Assembly: GCA_951406725.2 (NCBI GenBank)
Contig: OX597824.1
Location: 78,182,001 to 78,246,000, forward strand
Length of the DNA stretch: 64,000 bases
Direction of reading: 5' to 3'
From: Octopus vulgaris
Taxonomy: Eukaryota
Shown here: positions 27,879-41,779 of the stretch, one piece after another
Layout: each line of letters starts with the position of its first letter
Numbering within the stretch: position 1 is the stretch's first letter
The notes under the pieces: generated by a model
Told to the model about the DNA's origin: nothing
Database searches by the model: none
What the model saw: only the letters and a program-made list of their open reading frames with translations
Translations under genes and position numbers: made by a program

Positions 27879-28231
27879 CAATAATATTAGGTATTAAATC
27901 CAAACTTACAGGGAAAAATTAGATTTAAGATTAAATCAAATTTCACAATATAAATATAAATTAGAGATAAAACCACTATTAGGCAAATCAAACAGTGAAA
28001 AACATAAACCAAAACATAAAAATAAATATAATTAATATAATATACAAAAAATATAAAATTTAAAATCTAAATTATTAAATTTAAAATTTTTTATATTTAT
28101 AAATTTTTATATTTTTTTTATATTTTTAAATTTTGAATTTATAAATTTCTAAACTTTTAATTTATTTATTAATTTTTTTAACTATCAAAAAGTATTAAAA
28201 TGTTTAATATAAAATAATAAGTCATAAGTAA

Positions 28232-28279
<48 letters not shown>

Positions 28280-28298
<19 letters not shown>

Positions 28299-29603
28299 GA
28301 ACTGGAATATGAGTGAAGTAAATAATATAGATAGGAAAATACGCAAGCTGCTGAGTTGTAATAGGATGCACCACCCAAAGGCAGACGTAGATCGCCTTTA
28401 CCTTCCCAGAGCCCAAGGAGGTCGAGGCCTGATCCAATTTGAACTAGCTTACAAAACAACCACAATTGGACTGGCCAAATATCTCGAAATAACGAATGAC
28501 TGGATGCTAAAGCTCGTGGAAAATCACGAGAGACGAAAGAAGCTTCATTTTTGCTATTAATCTCGTGCAGGATACCCAAACTGAACAACCCGAGGGAAGT
28601 ACGGCAACTATTGTTGCAAAGAAGGTGAAAATAATGGCAACGAAAAAAGCGCACGAGCAATTGGCTGATAGGTGGGAGGAGAAACCTCTGCACGGCAAAT
28701 ATGTGGCCCGTAGCAAACAAGCTGATGTTGACCAGAAGCAAACCCATCTGTGGCTACGGAGCTCAGGGCTAAAAGCAGAGAGCGAAGGTTTCATCCTGGC
28801 TGCTCAAGATCAAAGCCTATTAACCCGGAACTACCAGGCCAATGTAATGAAAAATGGAGCAGACCCAAAATGCCGATTCTGCAATGACATGATTGAAACA
28901 GTGGACCACCTTATCTCTGGATGTAAAGTCTTAGCACCAGTGGAGTATAAATTAAGACATGACAGAGTTGGCCAATATCTACACTGGCTAATAAGTCGGC
29001 ATTACAATATCAAAACTGCCGACAAGTGGTATAATCACCACCCTGAGGCTGTAACTGAAGGAGAAAATGTAACCATTCTGTGGGACTTTCCAGTACATAC
29101 AGACCGAACCATCAAGGCCAATAAACCAGATATTGTTGTGAAAGACCAAAACAATAAAGTTTGCTTATTGATCGACATGAGCATCCCCTGTGATCATAAT
29201 ATCTCAGCGAAAGAGTTTGACAAGCTCAGAAAATATAAAGACCTACTCATTGAAATTGAGAAAATGTGGCATCTCAAGGCGGTTACAATACCAGTGATCG
29301 TAGGAGCATTAGGAATGATCAAGAAGGGAACCGAAAATTATATGAGAATGATCCCTGGCTTACCATCCCTGCAAGAAGTGCAAAAGATTGTCTTAACTGG
29401 TACATCACACGTATTGAGAAGAGCATTGTCGATGTGAGAACTGTTGCTGCTCATGTATTTTAATTTAACTTAAAAAAAAAAATGAACGAACTATTGAGTT
29501 TGGTTTAATGGCCTACCAATGTATACTATGAGTTTCTTTGCCCTAGGAGTCGGGAAGGCACTCGGCAAGAAATGGAAGCAAATTTGAAAGAAGAAGAAAA
29601 AAA
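28280..29603 (+). mobile_element. 5'-truncated R4/Dong-like non-LTR retrotransposon inserted in (TAA)n
   Basis: RLYLPRAQGGRGL thumb motif, then the ORF at 28565-29437; (TAA)n on both flanks, the known Dong target. Confidence 0.88.
28565..29437 (+). pseudogene. C-terminal part of the retrotransposon ORF: CCHC zinc knuckle plus restriction-like endonuclease
   Basis: CRFCNDMIETVDHLISGC, RHD and KPDIVV...LIDMSIP...KLRKY; the frame is broken near 28560. Confidence 0.88.
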
Positions 29604-29703
<100 letters not shown>

Positions 29704-29926
29704 TTTAATTAAATTGACACGTAAATGAGTTAGAAGTAGAATTTATCCAAATGATGCAAGATGCTATATTAATTTTAGTTCCACAGATAAACTCTGCATG
29801 AAATCACCTGTAACTTAATACTTTCGCCCGCGCACACTTTCTTATTTATTAATTTAGCCAATTCTGCTTGTCTATTAATAGTTCTTCCTGGAAGCTGGGG
29901 GGGATTACAAATACATGCACGCACAT

Positions 29927-29981
<55 letters not shown>

Positions 29982-30124
29982 GTCTATCTATCTTTCTATC
30001 CCTCTCTCCTTCTCAGTTTCTATTGCACTCTATTTCTCTCCCTCTATAGTGTTCTAGAACAGATTTGTTAGCATACATCCAGACACGCAGCCTATATATG
30101 TATGCATATATATCTGTATATGAA

Positions 30125-30170
<46 letters not shown>

Positions 30171-30171
<1 letters not shown>

Positions 30172-30261
30172 TTATTTTATAGAAGGAGTTCTACAGGACT
30201 AGAACTGTTTCATTCAAATGAAACAGTTCTAGTCCTGTAGAAGCTCCCTCTATAGAATAAA
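30171..30261. repeat. short near-perfect fold-back in (TA)n
   Basis: TTCTACAGGACTAGAACTGTTTCATT-CA-AATGAAACAGTTCTAGTCCTGTAGAA. Confidence 0.9.
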
Positions 30262-30321
30262 TTAATTTACTCTGCTATGTATTGAGTACCTTATTTACTA
30301 TGGTTAACCCCGACTCAACCC

Positions 30322-30406
<85 letters not shown>

Positions 30407-31056
30407 TATGTAAATATACATATATATATAAATATACATATATATTTATACATGTGCATGTGTGCGTGTATGTATGTACATATGTATGTATGTGTATGAC
30501 ACATGCCTTTCTACATGGCATATGAAAGTGGACCTGGTTTAAAGACTACAGTTTGTCCACATTGTCCATACAACCCTGAGGCCAGGTGTGATTCTGTAGT
30601 CTGAAAAAGACCAAGAAAATGATTTTGATCGAGTTTAGAGTCCCGAGGGGAGAACGGTGTCAGCCCTACTAATTGAAGCATGCCTTGTACAAGATTGCCG
30701 GGAAAAGGGAAGGTAGTCACGGCCTTATCTAGTGGATTCCCTGCCCTCTCGGTATGGAGTATGCTTACGGTCACAAGAATGAGGGGAATTGAGCGAAGGG
30801 TGATTGTGCACATGATGGGACAGGTAGCTGAAAGAGCCACTTGTTGGTTATAGAACAAGAGATAAGAGTTCAGCTGAAAGTGAGGAAGCGATGAGGAGGA
30901 CCTCAGCTGACGCATCAAGGTGGGTATTACAGTTCAGGGTCGAAACAACCAATGGTCGTCGGATATTGTGCGATGATATCAGTTCTTTATGGCCAATGCT
31001 TCAGGCATTTTTCATTTTGGTGATTGGGAAAAAAACTCCTGTTATCAACACACACG

Positions 31057-31094
<38 letters not shown>

Positions 31095-31213
31095 AACACG
31101 CACACGCTCACACACACGTACACACGCACATGCATATATATATATGTACTTATGAATCTCTTGCTTTCTCTTTTCATTTTCACTCTCTCACTGCATATAT
31201 AATGTATATGTAT

Positions 31214-31244
<31 letters not shown>

Positions 31245-31248
<4 letters not shown>

Positions 31249-31593
31249 AAATTAAGAGGAATGACCACCAAAGTGGACTGCTAATATGCTAAAAATAGAC
31301 GTAAATATCGCCTTATCACGGAGAGTGTGTTCTGTGTCTTGTTCTGGAAACTGTGTTTTGTCAGCGACAGACTATGCTGATGAGCTTGCAGATATTTACG
31401 TTCGTAAATATTCACAAGCGACACCATTGGTACGTAGGTAATCATTTTCTTTACTTCGTATATTTTCATTTGCTCTGCTTATTTTTACATTCTGGCGTTT
31501 TGCTGAAATTTTTCTTGAGAACACACTCTTCGTTGTAAAGCGATTTGACGTCTATATTTAGCATATTAGGAGTCCACTTTTCTTAATTTTGTA
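31245..31593. mobile_element. fold-back element (about 80-bp arms) enclosing a hammerhead at 31372-31437
   Basis: Arms AAAGTGGACT.CTAATATGCTAAA.ATAGACG...GAGTGTGTTCT and its inverse. HHR: CTATG-CTGATGA-GCTTG...CAAGC-GACAC-CATTG-GTA-CGTAG (GAAA changed to GACA). Confidence 0.8.
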
Positions 31594-31687
31594 TGTAATA
31601 TAATTTTTAATCTTCGGGTTTTTAAATATGCTAAGTCACTGGTTTTAATTGATTAATATCAATTGCTACCCTCATTAGTTAAACTTT

Positions 31688-31720
<33 letters not shown>

Positions 31721-32702
31721 CCTACACATACATATTTGTACTTATATGTACACAGATATATATATATGCGTGTATGTGTGTGTGTTTCGGTCATTTGTAT
31801 GTGTATGTGTGTTTCAGTCATTTGACTGTGACCATGCTGGAGCACCGCCTTTAGTTGAGCACATCGACCCAGGACTTATTCTTTGTTAGCCGAACCGCTA
31901 AGTTACGTAGTGGCAACTTGGTCAAAATCAGCCAATTATTCTCCATTTCAGATTCTGGGCCTGAAACCCGCACACAATCACATATACATATATAAACATG
32001 GAATGTACACACACTCTCGCGCATACATAAACAGTAATGAAGTACACGTACTTGTGAGATGAAGTGTTTTGCCCTAGAACACAACGCTCCACTCGGTCCA
32101 GGAACCGAAACGATGATCTTGCGATCCAGTGTGCAACGCACTAACCACTAGGCTGTGCCCTTCACCAAGCGCATATGTATCCACACACATATGCACACAT
32201 GGATAAACGAACTTACTGACCAATTCAGATATCCACGACCAAGAAGAACTGTCTTGACTTAAACAAAAATCTATATCATATTGTTAATGACTGGCTTGAA
32301 TTCTGCAAAGAAAATCTATAACTAAAATAAATCCTTTACAAATTGCATATAAAGGCACATATTTATTTTCCATATAAAAAAAAAAACATGTGTGCTATTG
32401 CATGTTACATACTATATGTGGTGTATGTTGTTGATACGTATTACTATGTAGAGTTAATTTGCGTGACGCTATAGAACCAACGGCTGTTATGGTTAATCAG
32501 CTCAGACCAGAAGAATATTCTGATAAGATAACAAAGAGAATGGTATTATTTAATCTCGAAACGCATATCATGAAATCGAAACACACGTTTTTACAAATAA
32601 TTATCTCCATGTCTGAAAGAACTTCTTAAAATGTAATAGTAATCAATCAAACACTCATTCAATCATTCAATTATCATTTTTCGAGGAAGATAGATTATTG
32701 CA

Positions 32703-32738
<36 letters not shown>

Positions 32739-32954
32739 TGCAATAATCTATCTTTATTTATCTATCATATCATATATATATGTGTGTACATACATACATA
32801 CATACATACATACATACATACATACATACATACATACATACGTCGTGAGCTTATATGTCCCAACAGTCAATTTTCTTTAGTCAATAAACGGTGATAGCTT
32901 ATAAGATTTCAGCTTATAAAATATGATATATATGAGTGTGTGTGTGTGTTTGTT

Positions 32955-33034
<80 letters not shown>

Positions 33035-33042
33035 TGTTTATG

Positions 33043-33917
33043 CAGGATGCAATGGGTAAATTGTTGTCATTTTATATTTTTAATTACGCGCAGGAGCTTT
33101 TTTATTTCGTCGACTACACAGTATAGTAGGGCGAGTTGGGCACCGTCTGTGAGAAAAACAATACCGTGACGCAATTCACTCAGCCAGCAATTTGGAATTG
33201 ACATGCTGCACTGCTAAACATTCACGCCAGCAGCTCCAATATGAATATTTCAGTGTGTTTGAATGTCAATGAGAGGACAGTGCAATTTGAGGACGTGTAC
33301 TGCCGGTGATAAAAATCAAACATCCTGTTAGCATCATGGTGTTTGGTGTGATCACTAGTGATGGCGACGTTATGCCGCCTTTCATCTTTCCAAACGGCCT
33401 TAGACTCAACACGGAGACCTACATCCAGTATCTGGAGGACTTAGTGCTGCCCTGTCAAGACGGTGACTGTTGGAAGACCCTATCTGGCAACAGGACTCTG
33501 CACCATGTCACACAAGCAGAACAACACAATCATGGCTGTCAGACAATTCCCGTGGCCACACTACATCTGGCCACCTAACTCCCTAGACGGTAGCTCCCTT
33601 GATTATTATGTGTGGGGTGCAGTTGAGCGAGAAACAGACAAAACTCCTTGTAACACCAAAGATGCAGTGAAGGCAAGGGTTATAGCAGCAGAATTCCCCA
33701 ACTTAGACAAGGAGACGGTCCAGAAGATTTGCAGGAAATTCTGTCTGGGGGCAGTGGTTGAAGTGAATGGCTTTATTATTGAATAAATTTATTCTTTAGT
33801 ATTTCAAGATATTTAAATGCAATTTTGGTGAATATATCTGTTAAAATGATATGTCAGTTTTATTTTCATTTTTGCGTAATTTAGACGTAATTTTTGCGTA
33901 ATTTAGACCGCACCCTG
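33043..33917 (+). mobile_element. internally deleted DD37D (maT) Tc1/mariner transposon
   Basis: Ends CAGGATGC... and ...GCACCCTG-TA; IMVFGVITSDG and WPPNSLDGSSLDYYVWG; frameshifted. Confidence 0.85.
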
Positions 33918-34076
33918 TATATGTGTGTGTGTGTGTGTGTATATACAAATATATATACAGACACAAACACGAAAAGCTTGTTTCAGCTTCCCTTTAGCAA
34001 AGTTGTCGTGCGGTGGGACTGAACCTGAATGCATGTGGTCGGGAAGCAAGCTTCTTACTACTCAGCCATGCCTGCG

Positions 34077-34121
<45 letters not shown>

Positions 34122-34364
34122 ACATATCTCCCTACCTATATTTCTATCTATCTCCATTGTCATGGAACCTCACCTAAAAAGACAAAAAAATGTCCCCTTC
34201 TTAAGAAAATAACCCAAAACACATCTATTTTATATAAATGAGCAAGGCATTCGTACATTCATAAGATTCTCTTTGACAAATTCGAGAAACGAAAGAAAGC
34301 GCTAATAATAACAAAGAAATAAAATGATTTTTTCCAAAATTCTAACGAATTTTATATATAGCGA

Positions 34365-34661
34365 AAACAATTCAGCGTGCAATGTATTTATAAGCCATTT
34401 AATAAAAAGGCCCTTAGATTCACTTCAATATTTAAATTTGATTTGTGTCAAAATATTTTCGTCGCTTTGAAAATGCGAACTGTACACCGATGAAATTTCG
34501 TGCTGCACGGAATTTTGTCAGTGTACAGGTCGCAGTTTCAAAGAGACGAAAATATTTTGACACAAATTAAATTTAAATGTTAATGTGAATCTATGATTTT
34601 TTTTTTGTATATATATTTCTTTTAGATGGGCTTATAAACACCTTCCACGCTGCAATTGTTT
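34365..34661. mobile_element. fold-back element, about 140-bp arms, with a G3-C8 hammerhead-like motif in each arm
   Basis: Centre CGTGC-T-GCACG. At 34516-34562: TGTCA-GTGTACA-G-GTC...GAC-GAAA-ATAT-TT-TGACA. Confidence 0.8.
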
Positions 34662-35727
34662 ATATATATATTTATATTAGGGACTTAGTGGCTTTGCATG
34701 TCAGTGTACTGTAAATCATTTGAGAAGTGATTCTCCCACAAGAAATGTGTTGCACCTAACTCAAAACAATGAATTATGCTTGTTATATATAGTTTATTGA
34801 GATCTCTTCTTTTACTAGTCCAAATCTACATGCGATGTGTGTATGCACATTATCTGTGTCTACGCACGTATCTGTGCGTTTTGTGTTTGCGTGTGTGTAT
34901 GTCTGTGTGTGCGTGTGTTGTGTTCTGATATATCATGACGGACACACGTGTAACAATAGATACTATAATTCGAATATCTCACAGGAAAGTTTGTATCTTT
35001 TCACTAGAGCGCCGCCTCGAAAGTTTTTTTTTAGTTTAACAAATGGACCCCGAACATATGTTTTTAAGTTTTGTCCTTATTCTATCGGGTCCTTTTGCCG
35101 AAACGCTAGGTTACGGAGACATAATCACGCCAAAACAGGTTGTCAAACGGTATTGTCTTTCTTTCACTCACCTGGCAAAAATGCGTAGGACCTGTATTTG
35201 AAAGGACCAACCTTGTCTAATTCTATGTCACACTGAATCTCCCTGAGAAATACGTCAAGTGTACGCTTGTCTATGAAATTCTCAACGTTAATTTCACGAG
35301 TAGACTGCTCCTTTGATCAGGTCGACAGGAGTCCTCGTCGCAAACAACGGAGAACCATTTAGCTTCAAGTTTATATGTAAGTCTACTTTCTAAAGTATGG
35401 TGTTCTTCATTTGCATGTAAATGACTTATCCCACGAACAGAAACTTATAAATAGCAACGACAACAATTATATATATATATATATATATAAATTGTATGCA
35501 TATATGTATATACATACATACATAAGTACACAAGCGCACGCTCACACACACACACACACACACGTCACACACATAATTGCATACATACTTCAGTGCGCAC
35601 ATGAAAAGTAAAAGTATATTATCCAAAAGTGGTAGGAGTGTGTGGGTGTGTTTGTTTTCATATATATATATATATATATTGTTGATACGTATAATGTACA
35701 TCATATATATATACATATATACATATG

Positions 35728-35766
<39 letters not shown>

Positions 35767-35799
35767 GTATGTATATATATATATATATATATATAATAC

Positions 35800-35836
<37 letters not shown>

Positions 35837-35879
35837 TATATAGATATATATATATAGATATAGATATAGATATATATAT

Positions 35880-35946
<67 letters not shown>

Positions 35947-36321
35947 TAGATATATGTTCATATCTATATATATTTGCATGTGTGTATATTGGCCTAGATT
36001 ATTTGCTTCGTCATAATTATAAGTTTCAAGTTGCTGATGCTCACACAATGAAGTATTATTACAAGCTGACACAATATATTTCTGTATATTTTGGATCTTG
36101 AGTACGAATTCGATTGAAGTAAATGATATGATGGTTCAGAAGAACAAGAAACGTGACGGTGACAGTAAATATAGCGATGCGTGGGTTGAGATATGTATCT
36201 ATAAATGTAAATATATTTTTTCAAAGGTTCAAGTGGAGTAAGTAACTACAGAGATATCGAAGCCAATATTTATCTGGCAATATTTAAATATTTATACAAT
36301 CCCATTTCATGTATAATCCAT

Positions 36322-36366
<45 letters not shown>

Positions 36367-36660
36367 AATTGAGAAGAACCACCATGTAGCAATTCAATTA
36401 AAGATACGATAAAACATTTACCTACAACTAAATAAAGTACGAAAAAATAAATAATTAGTATATAATTATATATTATTTATTTATCATTTCGTACTTTATT
36501 TAATAACTAAATAAAGTACGAAATGATAAATAAATAATATATAATTATATACTAATCTAATTATATATACTAATCTAATTATATATACTAATCTAATTAT
36601 ATACTAATCTAGAATCTAGATAAATGTTTCAACGTATACTCTTACTCTTTTACTTGTTTC

Positions 36661-37015
36661 TGTGGCCCTAATACCACTCGGTGTCAGACCAATCCGCCTT
36701 GGGTGGGCCTACCAGGAACCGCAGTTCCCGACGGCATTGCTCTGACACTACCCGTTGCCAGCGTCCCCACCACGGTGAGAAGGGGATGGACTTTGAGGAC
36801 GCAAAGAGATGTGCTCCAATCTAGTGCAGCCTGCAGTTGATATGGTCAATGCTGTGAAACAATTTGGTGACACAACTGTGGACAACATCAAGTATTTCAG
36901 TTCTTTGGAAAACAGCAAGAAATATAGCATGAAACAGGTGCTTCGTGCTTCCAACTACACTTACAGCCAGCTGCAGTGGCGACTTCAAACTGATACTCGA
37001 TATGAGCGGCATCGT
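36661..37015 (+). mobile_element. GC-rich structured insert, probably the 5' region of an RTE-like retrotransposon, between two halves of a SINE B
   Basis: Nested stems plus a short ORF start at 36809; SINE-B tail at 36638-36660 and head at 37101-37152. Confidence 0.45.
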
Positions 37016-37883
37016 ATACATTTATTGTCCACATTGTTTCACATGCTAAATTTTACTATTTCGCAAATACGCTCACACATACGCTCATGTATGAGCGTAT
37101 GTGCCACGCAGTGGGACTGAACCCAGAACCATGTGGTTGGTAAGCAAGCTATTGAATTAAGTACCTGAAGGGATATATGCGCCGATTATACCTACTCACA
37201 AAATATGTTTTCGGTGGGACTATTGTAATTTTTTAGCACAGAATCAACTGGTTATCTTCGAGCGGCACCCAGCGTTATTGCGGAAAACGGTGACATTACC
37301 TTGCTCATGTTCAAGGAGTTTCGAATTATCCTATAATTGGAATCCCTATTACTGAACCTAGCTACGGGCATTAGCTACATTTTTGGTACAGCTGTAACTA
37401 GCTTTGATGTTATTTCTTTGACGTATCCGTGATAAACAAGATGGCATTTAAAACATCGAATCTTAGAGCTGGTTATATCAGATAACATATTTAAACTAAA
37501 GAGTAGGCTGACTAAATATTTCTTTGTATATTTTCTTTGTTTTATTTTTCTCTTATGATGCAGAATACGTTGTCCATTTTTTTAAAAACCCGTCTCTTCT
37601 AACTCATCATCGTAATGATAAATGTTTTTGCCTGAAGATATATTTTGCATTCTAATACTAAAACTACATACTAATTTTGTATAACTATATGCGGAGGTTG
37701 AGGTACAATAGATATCAACATAATGCAATTTGTCATTAGGATTTTCTGTGGGTGTCAGTTTTGCCAGCTTTTAATCCAGTTACGTCTGAAATGTTTTAAG
37801 TAATCATATATAAAACAAACCACAATAATTATTTATCAATATGTGTGTGCGTGTGCAGTTATATTTATATGTATATATATATA

Positions 37884-37916
<33 letters not shown>

Positions 37917-38035
37917 ATGTATGTATATATGCAAATCTATATATATACACACACACATGTATTTTTATATATATGTATATGCATGTATGTACGTATGTAT
38001 GTATGTATGTATGTATATATATATATATATATATA

Positions 38036-39630
38036 TAAATTATATTAGAGATAAAACCACTATTAGGCATCTCAAACAGTTAAAAAACATAAACCAAAAC
38101 ATAAAAAAATATAATTAATATAATATACAAAATATATAAAATATAAAATTTAAAATTAAATTATTTAAATTTAAAATTTTTAATTTATATTTATAAATTT
38201 ATATATATATATATATATATATTTATATTTTTATATATTTTTTGTTTTTATATATATTTTTTAGATTTTAAATTTATAATTTTTTTAATTTTTAAACTTT
38301 TAATTTTTTAATATTTATATTTATTTATTTATTTATTAATTATTATCTTTTTTTGTTTTTTTAATTATATAACTATCAAAAAGATATTAAAAAGTAGGCA
38401 GGCAGTTTACATAGTTTTAATGTAGTTTTTAATACATTTTATAAGTGAAGGAGTACGGTGTTTGTCGACCGGTTTTGCTTTCGCTAATCATCATGACATT
38501 GAAATTTCGTATTTTCTTAAGACCATTTTAGACTATTTTGTATATGGGAGTTTGTGAATGAATCAACAAATAAAAAATCTAAGTGCCATACAATGTCTGT
38601 CCCATATAGTTATATTCAAAAACCTGAACAAGTTATGATATAATTTAGATTCTCGGAAGCACAAGTGAAGTTGGTTATAATTCTAAACCTCTCTCCTTGA
38701 TTCAATAGGAAATCAGAGCCGTCCAGTAAGTTGGCGCGTATTCCACAGTTTGGGCGTCCACATGTTTTAACCATTGGTTTCGTGGTTGTTGTGTAAAGCT
38801 TCGCATTTGTAAGACGTCTTTTCAGCCATATGAGTTGCTTTTTGAATTTGATAAATTTATGTGTTTTTAGAATGTTTTTCATTTTTAGATCCCTAGTGAG
38901 CGTAGGTAGATTTTCCGCAATAGTGTTGTATGCCTCATTGTCTCTAGGGTTATGAGTTGATATATACGGTAGCGTTTTGAGATGTTGCGTGGCGTTAAGT
39001 TGTGTTTCCTTTAGTGTTTTAATGCCTAATTTCTTGGCACGCTTAATTCTATCGTTTATAACTGTGAGGTTGAATATTGGCTCTCAGTTAATGTTGTTCT
39101 GATGTCTTGAAAACGGAGATCCCGGATATTTCCGTCAGACTATTGTGCAAATTCTGTTCGCTAAATTAAAGGGAATGTAACTTTTTATCTGTTTCTGGAG
39201 TCATGAGCTAAACAGAAGTCATTGCTTTCAGTCTGTTGGTTTATGATAAATATCAGTTACAATTTAGTTGTTGACTTTTCTTATCACAATATCTCAGAAA
39301 GGGAGCTGTTCTTTGCTATATCCCATTGTAAATGGAATATTAATGTTTATATTATTTCGTATTCATTTAAATACCAACAGTTTATCAATAGTTTCATTCC
39401 AAATGATAAACCAATCATCCAGATATCTTTTCCAGTTTTATATTTTTCTACTTCTTGATTCATTCCCAAACTCCCATACAGAGCATAGACTAAAATCTTC
39501 TTAGGAAAATACACAATTTCAATAATTTCAATGTCATGATTAGCAGAAGTAAAACCGGTCGACAAACAGAATACTCTTTCACTTATAAAATATATTAAAA
39601 AATATATTAAAACTACGTAAACAGTATGTA
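38036..39630 (-). mobile_element. decayed Penelope-like element (RT thumb, Cys-rich linker, GIY-YIG start) with inverted HHR-bearing terminal repeats
   Basis: CGRPNCGI...NFTCASENLNYIITCSG followed by YMGQT. Segments ~38400-38570 and ~39450-39630 are inverted copies with HHR motifs at 38463-38498 and 39532-39564. Confidence 0.85.
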
Positions 39631-40169
39631 TTTTGCTTCTTTTATTTTATATACAGGGTACAGAGAGCAAATTTACAGAAAACGAAAGACGAGGATAGGC
39701 GAGGGAACTACAAGCAGGTCTATTAGTTTAAGACTCGGGAAGTATGGACAAATCTTTGATGTTTTGAACCTGGGCTCAGCTGGTAATTCAAAGAGCCAGC
39801 CTTATCACATTCTGTTTCCCGCTGAATTTCCCTGTGAACTACGTTAAGGGAATCCGTGTCTGCGGAGTGCTCAGCCACTAGCACGTTAATTTCACAAGCA
39901 GGCTGTTCTGTTGATCGTAACCGACTGAGAGACAAGCATGGTAGATATGTTGTGATGATGGCAGATAAGGCTACAGGCAATATCATCGTCATAATTAAAA
40001 GTTCAATGTTATCTTATTGGCTGTAACTATAACGGTGAAGGTTACAACACGTAGACACAGGTGCCAATGAATATTAATGAGGTAGTAGATAGGTTAGTAG
40101 CACGAAAGATAAAGTCGTACAAATGTTAAAAGTTGAGGAAGAGAATAAAAATATTCCTAGATTATTCTG

Positions 40170-41160
40170 AATTCTTTAATTGCTTAAGAAGCCTTATAAA
40201 AATAGACTTATTACTGGTCCAAGGAAATGTATTGATAAACAAGTATCCATTTTAATTAATGAAGTATTGACTGTAGTAAGATCAGCTTTTGTAAGATATC
40301 ACCAAATAATACACACACATTTTGGTGAAAGTTTACGATCAGGTATGGACAGTTTGAAAAAAAAAGAGAAATTAGTGTTACAATGTTTCATAATATCCCT
40401 GCTTTAATGTGATTTTTTTTCACACTTTATATAATTAAGTAAAGTGAAGGAAAGAGTTCTAAATTAATTGAAGGAATTGATTCAAAATAGAAGATATAGA
40501 TTTTTGGAAACAGCTTTAGCTACGTCTTAATGGAGAATGACAAAGGTTTTCTATCTAGAACAGGATAGAGTAGGTATATTTGTTGCACTCTGAAATAAGT
40601 AATTAGGTTTACGATTAACCTGTTCTGCTATACATACAAGGCGTGAAATGTGTGGGGTGGGCGCTATTCGATTTCATCAACCCCAGTATTTGTCTGGTAC
40701 TTATTTTATTGATCCCAAAATGATGCAAGATAAACTTGATCTCGGCGGAATTTGAATTTGAACTCAGATTATAAAGACGAATGAAATACTGCTAAGCATT
40801 TCTGTCCGGTATGCTAACGATTCTTCCAGCTAGTTGCCTTAATTAGGTTCACTGTTAATAACGAAAACGTCGCTTTTGCAGATAGCGTTTATAAGCAAAT
40901 AAAAAGAAGTTCTATGGATGATAATGAAGCCCCTTATTAATTAGCCGGCATTTATCTTTATGTGAGTTTGATTTCATTAATTTATGCCGGAAGAAAAGAA
41001 CCGGTGTGGTGCATTAAACCGTTTAGTGGTTGTTGCAGATAAATTGATATTTTTCTTTCTATTTACAGATTCTTTGTGTAAAATAAATCCTAGTGATCAG
41101 GAGGCAAGGAGAAACCGAGTTGCTGGAGATGTAGCTAAAAATACTTAGACATTACAGCGA
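40170..41160 (+). mobile_element. highly decayed Penelope-like reverse transcriptase, interrupted by a SINE D at about 40645-40840
   Basis: LKKPYKNRLITGPRKC..K.VSILI, DFF.TLY and LIRFTVNNENVAFADSVYKQIKRSSMDDNEAP resemble the motifs KLHK.PYK.RFI, DFSTLYT and RQ..GIPMG.N.AP. Confidence 0.65.
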
Positions 41161-41173
41161 AGGCTGTAATAAT

Positions 41174-41779
41174 CTTTTCTACTAAAAGCAGGAGGCCTGA
41201 AATTTTGTGGGAAGGAACTAGTCGATTGCGCCGACCCCAGTGATTAACTGGCATTAAATTTATTGACCCCGAAAGGATGAAAGGCAAAGTCGACGGCGGA
41301 ATTTGAACTCAGAACGTAATGTCGGAAGAAATGCTGCTAAGCATTTTGCCCGGCGTGCTAACGATGCTTATTTCTTTATTGTCCACAAGGAGCTAAACCT
41401 AGAGGAGACAAACAAGGTCAGACATACGGATTAAGTCAATTACATCAACCCCAGTGCGTAACTGGTACTTAGTTTATCGAGCCCGAAACGATGAAAGGCA
41501 AAGTCGACCTCGGCGGATTTTGAACTCAGAACGTAACGTCAGACGAAATACCTATTTCTTTACTACCCACAAGAGGCTAAACACAGAGAGGACAAACAAG
41601 GACAGACAAACGGATTAAGTCGATTATATCGACTCCAGTGCGTAACTGGTACTTATTTAATCGACCCCGAAAGGATGAATGGCAAAGTCGGCAGAATTTG
41701 AACTCAGAACGTAGCGGCAGACGAAATACGGCTACGCATTTCGCCCGGCGTGCTAACGTAACAGCCAGCCTGCCGTCTT
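41174..41779 (-). mobile_element. SINE family D tandem array (3 units), followed by an inverted copy at 41808-41975
   Basis: Junctions at about 41368 and 41550. Confidence 0.88.

Noticed and set aside
36040-36200. Hydrophobic minus-strand frame ([20 protein letters not shown]) after an AG
   Set aside because: It ends in a stop without a good donor; insufficient support for an exon.
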